Source: an uncultured Candidatus Peribacteria bacterium
Lineage (GTDB): Bacteria; Patescibacteriota; Gracilibacteria; Absconditabacterales; Absconditicoccaceae
Reading direction: 5' to 3'
NCBI GenBank assembly: GCA_964551805.1
Contig: CAZKEK010000001.1
Span: forward strand, 1 to 25,023
DNA length: 25,023 nucleotides
Positions 11,045 through 21,911 of the stretch are shown in pieces. The position numbers were made by a program, and so were the translations under genes. The number at the start of each line of letters is the position of its first letter. Position 1 is the first letter of the stretch. The notes beneath the pieces were generated by a model, which was not told the origin of the DNA, made no database searches, and saw nothing but the letters and a program-made list of their open reading frames with translations.

Positions 11045-11713
11045 TTACGATTTTTTATCTAGCTCCCGCTCACGCTTAGTCATACCTGAATACCAGGTAC
11101 TTGTAGGCAAAAATATAAAGATAAGATATATTATAGGAAAGAACAGGAAGAAATACGAATGAGCAAACCAGCCAATACCAATACCAATCAACATAGTGAT
11201 TAGTACCATTAATATGGCACGATTTCGCTGACGTTGTTTTGTTTCATATCTATGATCACTATAGATCCAAAAAAAATCTTTTCTCAATTTCCAAAACCCA
11301 TAACAATGAATCGCAAGCAATAAGCCAAGAGCAATCCAACGAAAACATGTTTGATCTTCTTCGTAATTACCAATCATCTGCCACAATGAAGAATCATCTT
11401 CATCAGAAATACCAGTTACAAAAACAATATCCTGATCCTGAGTAGCTGCCGATTTTTCAATCGTAATCTTATAGTATTTATTACGAAGGAAAGGAGCTAC
11501 ATATTTATGAGGATAGAAGACACCCCACTCATATCTTGAGTACCGAACAGTATCTGTATAAGCAAATAGTAGCGTATCTTTTGTTAGTGTTTGTAACAAA
11601 GGAAGTTTTTCTACAGGAAACAATCCCGTGATACGAAGAGATTTTGGAGTATTAGATGAAAATCCTAGATTTTCTATACTCAATAATAGCAGAAATACAA
11701 TAATTTTTTTCAT
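11045..11713 (-). CDS. Hypothetical membrane protein with signal peptide and C-terminal TM helices, 222 aa
   Basis: Track ORF ending in TAA; MKKIIVFLLLLS signal-like N-terminus; about three hydrophobic helices. Confidence 0.75.
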   Translation of the reverse strand: MKKIIVFLLLLSIENLGFSSNTPKSLRITGLFPVEKLPLLQTLTKDTLLFAYTDTVRYSRYEWGVFYPHKYVAPFLRNKYYKITIEKSAATQDQDIVFVTGISDEDDSSLWQMIGNYEEDQTCFRWIALGLLLAIHCYGFWKLRKDFFWIYSDHRYETKQRQRNRAILMVLITMLIGIGIGWFAHSYFFLFFPIIYLIFIFLPTSTWYSGMTKRERELDKKS

Positions 11714-11864
11714 TTTTTTTAAAAATTAATTTTAGTTTTTGTTTAATTTTTATTTAATTGATATATTTATACATATTTGAAATAAAAAGTCAACAAACAT
11801 TTTTTCTTGTTTTCCTACCAACATTCACTACATTTTATCTAGCATTTATCATCTATCATAAACG

Positions 11865-13262
11865 ATGTCAAAAATAATCTTAGTTTGAGCCGGAGGAACA
11901 GGAATGTCGTGAATAGCAGGGATACTGCATGATTTATGATATACCAATATTGTCTGCATCGATGCCAACCAAAGCGAGCTTACCGACAAACTAAAAGCAA
12001 AATGATTACCCGTTATTATCGGACATGGAAAACACAAAATACAACTCTGAGATATAGTTATATATTCTGAAGCGACAGCCGAATCCGAGGAAGTTCTTGA
12101 AGCAAGAAAAATCATGAAAGCCAATAAAAAAGTGATGGTGATTCTGAATTATTTTCAATTTTTGGGAGAAATCTCCAAGTACTTTACTACGGTTGGATTT
12201 ACGGGGACCAATGGGAAAAGTTCATCTACCGCACTAGCAATCCACACAGCAAAAAAACTTGTTCCAGATTTTGGATTGGGAATATTATGAGCACTCGTAC
12301 AATGATTCGATACACAAAGTTATGTCATAAACAACAAACATAAAAACGAAATTAAGACTATTTTTGATTACATTCTCACAGGAAAACAATCATCAGAAAT
12401 ATTCTGAAACGATCTCATAAAATCTTTGTTTTTTTTCGTTGAAGCCTGCGAATACAAAAGACATTTTTTATATCTTGATATAGATTATGCGATAATCACT
12501 AGTCTAGAACTAGACCACACAGACTATTACCAAGACATGAAAGATTATCTTTCAGCGTTTGAAACCTTCATTTCCAAAGTAAAATACAAGGTCTTTATAC
12601 CCAAATGATTATCATTGCTAGACAAAAAAAAACAGAGTAACCAAAAAATTCAAGAAGTTTCAACAAAAAAAATAGCCTTTACTCACATCCGAGGAAAGCA
12701 CAATGACGTCAATGGATCTTTGGTAACGGATCTTATTTCGACGATAAGCAAACAAACAAAAACAAAAATACACGAAATCATGAAAGGATTTGGAGGACTA
12801 CGAAGAAGAATGGAATATTTAGGAAAAAATGCTCAAGGAGCAAAAATATTTACTGATTACGGACACATGGCCTCCTCGATAGAGTTTGGATACCTTGCTC
12901 TCCACCAAAAGTTTCCTAACAAAAAAATATTTGGAATTTTCCAACCCCATCAAATAAATAGAATAGTAACCTGACGAAACGATTTTATTCACGCTACGAA
13001 ACTATACGATAAAATAACTATCTACGACATTTACGCAGCCAGAGAAAACCTAGAAGAACTCACAAAAAAAATCCCAGCACTCAAAAACATCACCACACTC
13101 AAATCGCTAGGAAATAAATTTGCTAAAGCATGCGGATGACTATATAGAGACGATTTTGCAACTATCACCAAAGATATAGAAAGCACAACCAAAGACACTA
13201 TTATAGTAATCTATAGCGCGGGAGATATTGATTATACATTGAGAAATTATTTAGGGAAATAA
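11865..13262 (+). CDS. murC: UDP-N-acetylmuramate--L-alanine ligase (MurC/Mpl family), 465 aa
   Basis: IILVGAGGTGMSGIA, GFTGTNGKSSST, FVEACEY, ITSLELDHTDYY, GKHN, RRME, DYGH and FQPH motifs; several Gly are TGA. Confidence 0.93.
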
Positions 13263-13270
13263 ATAAATTT

Positions 13271-13298
13271 TTGACAAATAAGCAATTCTGACTATACT
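13271..13298 (+). promoter_or_regulatory. Sigma70-like promoter
   Basis: TTGACA-N16-TATACT upstream of ATG 13332. Confidence 0.65.
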
Positions 13299-13331
13299 TA
13301 TACGGTATATATTTACCGTTGTAATAATAGC

Positions 13332-14378
13332 ATGGAAATACCCAATTGATGAATTTCTAGAAAAAAAATAATTCAACCAAATCTATTAGATATTTTGGAC
13401 ATTTTATCAAAAAATAATTTATCTGAACAAGAAAAAGAAAATTATGAAATCAAAAAAGAAATAATCAGCAAAAAAGAATTTGCAGATATGAGGTTACTTA
13501 CGAAAGAATCATTATTAAAAATAGAACTTAAAGAGAACTGAAACTTCCCCAAAAAAAGACAAGAAATTTTAGAATGATGGACTAATATATCAGAAGGAAA
13601 AAATACAATAATAAACAAAAGATTAATAAAAGAAGTTATATTACCAAAATTAGAAGAAACATATACAGAATTTAAAAATAAATGATGAACATCAGAACAA
13701 AAAAAAATATTGGATGAATGTTATAAAAATGGACTATATTTTATAAATACAATTTCAAAAAAAACAATATGCGAAAATTTCAGACTAAGAAAATGTGCTC
13801 AAGTAGCTAGATGAGAACGATTTTTATTTACTACAAATGAGAATAAAGACAAATATATTATACTAGAAATAAAAAAGATAACTGAAGAATTCAAAAAAGA
13901 ATTTAAAGCATGATTAGAAGTCCAAAAAACAAATACAGATATAAATTTATTTGATGATCAAACTTTTTTTGTAAGAAGACATATCGATGAGGGAACTGAT
14001 ATTACTAAAATGTCAGATATTTTATTACAATGAAAAAAAATATTGGATCATTATCTTGCTGATAAACATATTAGATATATGACATCCTGTAGCTGGCTTT
14101 TTGACGAAAAATTCAATGAATTTTGGATGAAAGAAAGAGCAAAAGAATGAAAAAAAGAAATTCCCAATAGAATAAAAATAAGAGAAGAATTAAAATATTA
14201 TTGATGAAAACTACCTGATGAGAAGATGAAAGAACCAATTGAAAATGACCTCATACCATGAATAGAAAATTCTATGACGAGAGCAATAAAAAAATATATA
14301 TCAGAATGAAATGTATTGAAAGAAGGCTGAGGATATATCGATTTAGAAAAATTAGAAAAACGAAAAACAGAAAAATAA
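13332..14378 (+). CDS. Putative acyltransferase with GNAT-like C-terminal domain (GNAT_C/DUF5596-type), 348 aa
   Basis: Open with TGA=Gly. RHIDEG, MTSCSWLFDE and SMTRAIKKYISEGNVLKEGGGYI resemble the HIP..CxSWLL..LQRA..G..G pattern of that family. Absent from the track. Confidence 0.6.
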
Positions 14379-14427
14379 TTATCCTCTCTTATATTACCCG
14401 ATAATCTCAGATTAAATACTTTTTCTC

Positions 14428-14456
14428 TTGAAAAGTATAAAACAGTTAAATATAAT
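14428..14456 (+). promoter_or_regulatory. Sigma70-like promoter of the PemK-like gene
   Basis: TTGAAA-N17-TATAAT. Confidence 0.55.
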
Positions 14457-14507
14457 TACTTTGCCATACAAACAAGAATATATATTTTATGTGTGTAGGC
14501 GGGAAAA

Positions 14508-14840
14508 ATGGAAAAAACAAGAGAACTTTTTGATATATGGAACGAAAACAAGAAAAAAGATGGTAAATTTAAAAGAGTGTGCTTAATATTACATAATAAC
14601 CTCGGAAATTGATTGCTATTAGTTGCACCAATCACAACAAAATATCATAAACGAATGGAAAAATATTATATTAAAATAGATAGATATGAAAAATATGGAC
14701 TCAAAGAATGTCGGATTATCATAAACCAAATAAAACTCATAGATACCAAAAGATTATTTTCCAAACCAAATAATAAAAGACCTCTTTTGTGATTGGCAAT
14801 CAAAGTAAGACACTTTTATTGGAACATTATCCAAAAATAA
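14508..14840 (+). CDS. PemK/MazF-family toxin-like protein, 110 aa, no adjacent protein antitoxin
   Basis: FDIWNENKK..KRVCLILHN..LLLVAPITTK..IIINQIKLIDTKRL match PemK/MazF motifs (RPxLI, VAPIT, QIxxIDxxRL); two TGA=Gly. Confidence 0.75.
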
Positions 14841-14916
14841 AAAAAAATTGCCTCGAGATTTCTCTCAAGGGCAGTGGCAGATACGAGTCTGCAAAAGGAT
14901 CATTACTGATCACATT
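14841..14916 (-). ncRNA. Candidate small structured RNA 1
   Basis: Minus strand: promoter TTGCAT-N16-TATAAT (14950-14923), then hairpins GAUCA-GUAA-UGAUC, GCAGA-cucgua-UCUGC and UGCCcUUGAGA-GAAA-UCUCGAGGCA plus a U run. Confidence 0.55.
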
Positions 14917-14922
14917 GCAATA

Positions 14923-14950
14923 ATTATAAATATTATATTTTGAAATGCAA
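14923..14950 (-). promoter_or_regulatory. Antisense sigma70-like promoter 1
   Basis: TTGCAT-N16-TATAAT on the minus strand. Confidence 0.55.
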
Positions 14951-14979
14951 ATAAAAAATCAATAAAATTATTTTTCAAT

Positions 14980-15059
14980 AACATAAGAACCCCAGTCAGA
15001 ATTACTTCCGCCGGGGGGTGTAGAAAGCCAGATTACTCCAGACCAACATCTACTGTATG
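14980..15059 (-). ncRNA. Candidate small structured RNA 2
   Basis: Minus strand: promoter TTGCAT-N16-TATACT, then GUAGA..CUGGA-GUAA-UCUGG..UCUAC and CCCC..CGGAA-GUAA-UUCUG..GGGG followed by UUCUU. Confidence 0.5.
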
Positions 15060-15065
15060 CAATAA

Positions 15066-15093
15066 AGTATAAATATTCCCTTCTGAAATGCAA
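15066..15093 (-). promoter_or_regulatory. Antisense sigma70-like promoter 2 (near-duplicate of promoter 1)
   Basis: TTGCAT-N16-TATACT; shares TGCAATAA, TATAAATATT and TGAAATGCAAAT blocks with 14916-14952. Confidence 0.55.
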
Positions 15094-15195
15094 ATTTTAA
15101 AAAAAACAAACATACAATTCCCACTTTTTTTTACAAACAAAATTATTATCATAAACAAGTTATACAGAACCTTAATTCTTAATTCTTAATTATTC

Positions 15196-16440
15196 ATGCT
15201 CTTAATCTGAGATATTCATATCAATACGCGTTATCAAGACAAAATCCTGACTGGACTCAGAGATATTTTTTCTGCATATCCCGACGAAAAGACTATGGTT
15301 TTTTTCTGAGATTACGTCTACCATTTTGCTTACGATAGAAACGCATTACTTCAGCTCTACAAATTATTTTTAGAACTCTTCGCACAAGGAAAAAACGTCT
15401 ACATACTCGCGGGTAATCATGATCGGCTAGGAAATTCTTTCGTTTTTGAAGAAGCACAAAAAGCTTTCGAAACAATTATACATGATAGATTAGAAATGAT
15501 AGATTGAATAGGTAAGATCAAGTTTATTACTAAGCCAGTAGTAGAAAATATAGAAGGTGAAGACATAGTATTGTTACCATTCTTTTTGCCTACAGAACAC
15601 GAAGAAAGTAGTTATAGTCCAAAAAACGAAAGACTAAAAACTATCAACGAATTTTCTACATTGCTCCAAAAATCTACCAACAAAAACGAAGCTTTTTCAT
15701 GATATATCAATCAAGTAGTTGCAGAAGCCATAGACAAAAACCCCAATATCACAATTTTTCATCACTACTATATCAACGGAACACCATTTCCCGGACAAAA
15801 ATCTAGATTTAGTTACAAAGATATTGCGCTCCATGAATGATTTTTGGACATACCGACCACAAAACTTATTTCCTGACATCTTCACCAACCATTTACCTAC
15901 AACAATTATCTTTGCATAGGAAGCGTACGATCTACAAGTTCTTTGGAAACCAACCAAAACAAATATGTGTTTCAGTACGATACCACCACAAAAAAAATAA
16001 CAGCATTGCCACTTATGATCAATCCCCAAGTCACAATAACCAGCGAAACATCGCTCACTGAAGCTACACTCATAGAGCAATTAAAAATCATCAATGCAGA
16101 AAATAAATCATATTTTAGCTCACCAGCACGAGATATTATTTTTGCAGAAGATCAAGAACCAAACATAAAAAACATTTCACTGACCCTCAACGTCGAACAT
16201 ATCGATTACGACAAAATTGATGAGTTCATCACGCCGGAACTCCGCACATCATGCAAAGATATCAGACTCAAAAAAAACATGGAAAATATAGATAGCTTAC
16301 TTAAGACATTTAAAGTTTCCTCAGACACCTTAAGCGGATTTTCTGATCGAAAAAATATCCTCCAAGAATTTATACAAAAAAAATTTGGAGCTGACTACCC
16401 CAAATACGAAAAAATTTTGAAAGAACTGAAGCTACTATAA
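15196..16440 (+). CDS. Calcineurin-like metallophosphoesterase, SbcD/Mre11-like, 414 aa
   Basis: All five motifs are present: LIGDIH, FGDY, AGNHD, FHHY and SGHLH; three motif Gly are TGA. Confidence 0.85.
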
Positions 16441-16492
16441 AAAGTTGAAATATTGAAACATTAATTCCTCCATCTCTCCATCTCTTCATCGT

Positions 16493-17131
16493 CTAATAAT
16501 CTTCTTCTTCCTCTTCCTCAGTCGTTTTCTTCTCCATATACTCTTTTACTACTTCGCTTAATGCTTCAGCGATAATAGCCATTTTGTCATCAGTAATAGC
16601 TGATGATTTTTCTATAGGAAGATCTAGAGAAAATTGAGACTTATATTTGAGTATTTTTTCTGCTTGTCTCTGGGGATAATTGATATTTTCAAAAGGATAT
16701 TCGATACCATGTTCGAGTTTGATAAGCAAATCGCCTTTTGCAAAAAGTTTATCCCAAAAATTATTTTGATCATGAGAAATGGTTTCTATTTTATCTCGTT
16801 CGAAAAAATCAGTTTTATAATCAAATAATCATTCTCGCATAAATATGGTAATACCATGCTCAGAAAGGATAATTCAGTCTAAATATAAATTTAAAAAATC
16901 TATGATATATTTTACAAAAAGTCCTATACCAAAAGCAGCAAATATCCAAGGCAAATAGACAAAAAAAAGATATTTGTCCAAAAGAACAAAAAGGACATAC
17001 AAAACAAACAAAAAAACGAGTGTCCTTAGCGTTAATCTAATAAAAACACTCGCATTGTGTCAAATTATATGAAAAATTGTATCAACAGGCACATATCTTT
17101 TCATAATCTGCTTTCTAAGCATATTCAACAT
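16493..17131 (-). CDS. Membrane protein with two TM helices, bPH_2-like domain and acidic tail, 212 aa
   Basis: Extends track ORF 16493..16729 upstream through TGA codons; EGLFDYKTDFFEWDKIETISHDQNNFWDKLFAKGDLLIKL fits the PH-like pattern. Confidence 0.75.
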
Positions 17132-17192
17132 AGTAAACGACTAAACAACAAAAAACGAATGTACTCTTTCATAGTCAGACGTATGAATATAA

Positions 17193-17417
17193 TTATTTTT
17201 TGATAGCATCCATTTTTTTCTGTTTTTCCAAGAATTTTTCCATTCTTCCTTTTATAACTTTTTTGATAACTTTATCTTTGTTGAAAGCTGGATGACATTG
17301 ATAACATGTTTCCACTTTGATAGGTCCAGAAACTGTTGCGTTTACCGTAAATTTTGCACCACAGATGCAAGCAACTTCAACGTCTTTATAATAATTTCCA
17401 TGTATTCATTTTTTCAT
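17193..17417 (-). CDS. rpmE: 50S ribosomal protein L31 (four-Cys type), 74 aa
   Basis: MKKGIHGNYYKDVEVACICGAKF...VETCYQCHPAF...GRMEKF. Confidence 0.95.
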
Positions 17418-17536
17418 TGATAATAACATAACAAACTAAAAGATAGGTAAGATTGTACATTAAAAAATTTTGGAAACTAGTGGACTAAGAGATAAATTTT
17501 TTAATAATATAATCTTGGTTATTTTAATCAAACTGA

Positions 17537-18040
17537 TTAACGAGTGTATAACTTATGCAATGGATCATAATCAAACAATTCTTCTGAAGTAAACCAATGC
17601 TTGATTTCTTTTTCCGCCTCTTCTGCGTTTCCTGATGCATGAACAAGATTTGGGATTCCTATACTTGCACTATCTGCATATCCATATGACATATGCGCAT
17701 AATCTCCTCTAATAGTACCAGGAGCAGCACCTTTTGGTTCTGTAGAACCGACTATTTTACGAACATAATCAACCACTTCTATTCCCTCCAAAACCAAAGC
17801 AATAATAGGAGTTCTCATCATGGTTTTAACGGTATCATCAAATATTTTTTCACCATGTCTAGTAACCATTGTTCCTATGGTTTCATAGTGATGAAAAAGA
17901 AAATCTCTATCTGGACGAAGCATTTTCATACCTACGATGTGCAATCATGCCCTTTCAAAACGAGAAACAATTTCTCCAACGACACTACGACCTACACTAT
18001 CAGGCTTCAATACTACGAGAGTTCTTTGTACGTGAGTCAT
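17537..18040 (-). CDS. ndk: Nucleoside diphosphate kinase, 167 aa
   Basis: [33 protein letters not shown] (Gly=TGA), GTIRGDY and NLVHASG. Confidence 0.97.
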
Positions 18041-18221
18041 TTTTTCAATATACAAAAAAATAAAAGATTTGTCTGAGTATTATTGTTTTGCTAGCAATTT
18101 TCAAGAGTATTTACCTCAAAGAATCTTCGTCACAAGTTTATATTGAAAAGCTGTGTATATTTACTATATCTTATAGTGAAGTATATTTCACTTCATTGTT
18201 TTATTGTATCATTCTCTCATT

Positions 18222-20027
18222 ATGAACAAAAAATTACTCTGAATACTATGTATGGTTACTGCAGCTATGTTGGTTTTTCCTACAAAAGCAGACACGACAG
18301 GAAGCACAGGAAATACAGAGAACATAACCAATACAGGAAATTTTCAAATTGTTATAGATCCTATAACAAAAAAAATAACTATTATCAGTAGTACAGGCGG
18401 AGTAAATAGTGGAACTACAACGACAGCAACTACAACCACAACAACTACAACCACAACAACAGGAACAAATACAGGTACTACAATAATCACTACAACAAGT
18501 ACTGCATGAATCAACACCACATGATCAGAATTTGATCAAGCATTATCACGGATGTATGCAAATGGACTTACCAAATATAACAACGAAACGGAGTATAGAG
18601 CAAATGATGGATTAACAAGAGAAGAAGCAGCAAAAATAATTGGACAAGCATTTGTAGTTTTGGGATATAGCCAAGAAACAAAAAACGCAAGTTGCACATT
18701 TACTGATAGTTATCAAGTAGATCCAAGTCTTTCTGGCTTTGTCATAAACACTTGCAAACGAGGTATTTTCAAAGGAACAACAGACAACAAATTTCTTCCT
18801 GCAGAAAAACTAAGTAGACCACAAGCTATGGCACTATTAGTTAGAATTTTTGAAGGAAAACTATCCAACGAAAATAGAATTCCACGATGGTGAGATTATT
18901 ATATCAAAGGACAAGCACTTTGACTTACTACACTCAACAATCAAACAGCTTTTGATACTGCCATCACAAGAAAAGAAATAGCACTCTATATCTGGAGACT
19001 CAAAAACATAGTAACCAACGAAACCATCAGACTCATGATGATAAACAAGCTCACTACATTAAGCACAACGGGGACAGCAACAACAGGAATTTTGGACAAC
19101 TTTGGATCATTAGCTGATTCTCTAAGTATAAACAACGATCCTGAACTTCTCGAAGCGATAAGATGGATGAACGACAACGGACTTACCAACTTCACAACAA
19201 TCCAAGAATACAAACCATTTGAAATTCTCAATAGAGAACAAGCAGCAAAAATAATTAGCTTATTTGCAAAAATCTACAATTTCCAAGCAAATTCTGGAAC
19301 AATAGCCGACGATTGTACATTCAAAGATATAGCCGCTGCTGACGAATCGCTCAAAACATATATACAACAAATATGTACACTCGGAGTCATGAAATGAGCA
19401 AATGGATATTTTACTCCAAAAACCACTATAAACAAATCACAATTTATCGCAGCAATCATAAGATTGTTTGAAGGAAAAAAACTTGATGAAACACCAACGC
19501 CACGATGGAAAAATTATTTTGAAAAAGCCCAGACAATGGGGATGATTGGACCAGCAGATGCGGTTACTTTTGAAAATCCAATCACAAGATACGAAGTAGC
19601 ATTATTCTTGTATAGATTTAAAGTAAAATACCAAATCCTCCAAAATCTCAACAACAATACCATCCAAAATCAAATAATCAGTACCGTACCATGATCTATA
19701 AAAACAGGACTCAATGTTATGCCAGAAGCCAATGTATATGTAGATATGAATTTACTCCAAAACGGAAACTTTGATGTAGGATATATAGAGACATTTGGAA
19801 AAAGATACAAAATAGTAAAATCAAATACAGATAAATACTTCACCAACAATTTTGTTTGGTACGGTGATATTTTTGAACTCGATACAGAAGACAAAATAGG
19901 AACAGCAAGTTTTATCGTAAGTAGTTTAAGTCTTATTGAATGAGTTATCAGAATAGGAAACGCGAATTATAGTGTTACGCCGATAGAAAGCACCAACGCA
20001 TATTACAAGATCAAACAAACAAAATAA
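18222..20027 (+). CDS. S-layer homology (SLH) domain protein with Thr-rich linker, 601 aa
   Basis: Signal peptide and poly-Thr linker, then two homologous modules with SLH-like motifs (LTREEAAKII/LNREQAAKII, GIFKG/GVMKG, ITRKEIA/ITRYEVA). Joins five track ORFs across TGA codons. Confidence 0.88.
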
Positions 20028-20069
20028 CCAGAAAAAAAAATTGTATTTTTATTCTTTTTATTATATCCC

Positions 20070-20507
20070 ATGCAAACAAAAAAACCGCTTAAAACAGAAC
20101 CAAAAAAAACACATTTACGAAATCCACTAAAGATTTATTTTTTGCTTATGTCGCTTGTAGGAGTTATTGGGACACTTGTTGCGTTTGGTACGTTATTTTA
20201 CACCGTAGGGAAACAAGTTATCATCACCAATGATGAATATATTGTAGGAGATAGATATTACGAAATCGATGCTTGCAATACTACTATGATTGCAAAACCA
20301 ACAAAAGTAAATCCTGACAATTATGCACCCCCTACAGAAATAGAAAAAGAAAAATGCAAAGCTGACAAAAAAGTACGACTCATCCAGTCTAGAAAAGTAA
20401 TGTTCAAAACTGATGTTTTATGAGGTACTATCTGGGGAATATTATTTCTAGCGCTATTACTTACTCACTATCCAAGATTTATGAAACTCAACAAAAAAGG
20501 TGAATAA
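20070..20507 (+). CDS. Hypothetical protein with two TM helices and a Cys pair in the loop, 145 aa
   Basis: Track ORF extended through TGA 20421 to TAA 20507, which adds a second hydrophobic helix. Confidence 0.8.
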
Positions 20508-20556
20508 ACAAAGCAAAAAATAATTGAATCGTTTACCCGGTTACCCGTTGAAAATC

Positions 20557-21519
20557 ATGGAAGTAAAAAAAATCAATACGGACAAACTACTCAATATACA
20601 TACCACAACAAGACCTGATAGTTTCGATGAATTTATTGGACAAAATCATATCAAAGAAATTATAAAAACAGCTATAGAAAGTGGGAAAAAGAGAAAGTGA
20701 CATATAGGACATATGCTTTTTTCTGGTCCCAGCGGATTTGGAAAAACAACAATAGCACACATTATTTCCAAGCAAGGAAACGTAAGTATCAAAGCAGTTA
20801 CTGGATATGCAATTACCAAACCATCGGAAATTATTAGTATCCTCAACACGCTCGAAACCTGAGATATCTTATTCATAGATGAAATACATAGACTCAAGCC
20901 AAATATCGAAGAAGTTTTGTATATTGCTATGGAAGATTTTGTGATCGATATGGTGATGCCAGAGTGAGGAAACGTAAGGATTCCTATCAATCCATTTACC
21001 CTTATTGGCGCCACCACAAAATCAGAATCATTGAGCCAACCGATCAAAAATAGATTTGTCTATCAGTTCCACTTTATGGAATACTCACCAACAGAAAAAG
21101 AAACAATCATAAAAAAATATCTCGATAAATACGGGATTATTGCCAATGACCAACTTATCAAAAAAATGAGCGAAAAAGTCGCTGCCGTACCAAGAGAAAT
21201 CCACAACTTTTGTATAAAAATTCGTGACTATGTAATAACGCACTCCCTAATGAGTAATGAAGATTCCAAAAAAAACATTCTGACAGAACAACTTCGAGAA
21301 GATTTTCTCAATCACAGCCAAATCGAAGAAGGCGGTATGACTCCCCTTCACGCCAAATATTTAGAAATTTTGGAAAAAGCTGACAGACCAATAGGAGTCA
21401 AAGCCATCGCCGTCCAGCTTGGAATCAACGAAAAAGCTGTTGAAGAAGATATCGAACCATTGCTCTTGAAATTGGGAAAAATAGAAAAATCAGCAGCAGG
21501 TAGAATTTTAATTTGATAG
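20557..21519 (+). CDS. ruvB: Holliday junction branch-migration ATPase RuvB, 320 aa
   Basis: [11 protein letters not shown], Walker [11 protein letters not shown], Walker [18 protein letters not shown] and EDIEPLL; ends TGA(Gly)-TAG. Confidence 0.97.
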
Positions 21520-21529
21520 AATATTTTTT

Positions 21530-21901
21530 ATGCAAAAATTATTAAAACGAGTACCAAGAATTATAGCCACAATATATGTTATATTTATGTGTCGAAGTAC
21601 ATTAAGCGATTTTAATGGGAGCAAAGAAATATGGATTATTAATTGTATAGTTACTATATTATTGATTGGTATATTGATTCTTAGTCGAAAAAAACAATTA
21701 GCATGAGGAATAATATTTACACTGATATGATTGACATATATATACATATATTTTTTTATCTTTGAAAGCAACAAAGAAACACGGATACAATCAAGTAGTA
21801 TACAACGACGATGTGTAACAGCAATTCCAACACTATTAGCAGGCATACTATTTATCATTGATCGATGAAAAGAAAAAAAAGGTAAGCTTTTTACTTTATA
21901 A
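21530..21901 (+). CDS. Small four-TM hypothetical membrane protein, 123 aa
   Basis: MQKLLKWVPRIIATIYVIF...LILSWKKQLAGGIIFTLIG; hydrophobic helices become coherent with CGA=Trp and TGA=Gly. Confidence 0.75.
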
Positions 21902-21911
21902 TTAATATATA

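Noticed and set aside
10603-11800. Prophage or integrative element at tRNA-Leu, or at the Val/Arg tRNAs
   Set aside because: No integrase, phage or transposase gene and no distant tRNA 3'-end direct repeat (att) within the window; the duplicates found are local and mostly 5' parts.
18408-18505. ACA/ACT-rich tract as a non-coding or mobile repeat
   Set aside because: It is the in-frame poly-Thr linker of the SLH protein.
390-21516. Apparent mass pseudogenisation (murC, ruvB, SLH, lepB and others broken into short track ORFs)
   Set aside because: All breaks are in-frame TGA at Gly positions; the genes are intact under TGA=Gly.
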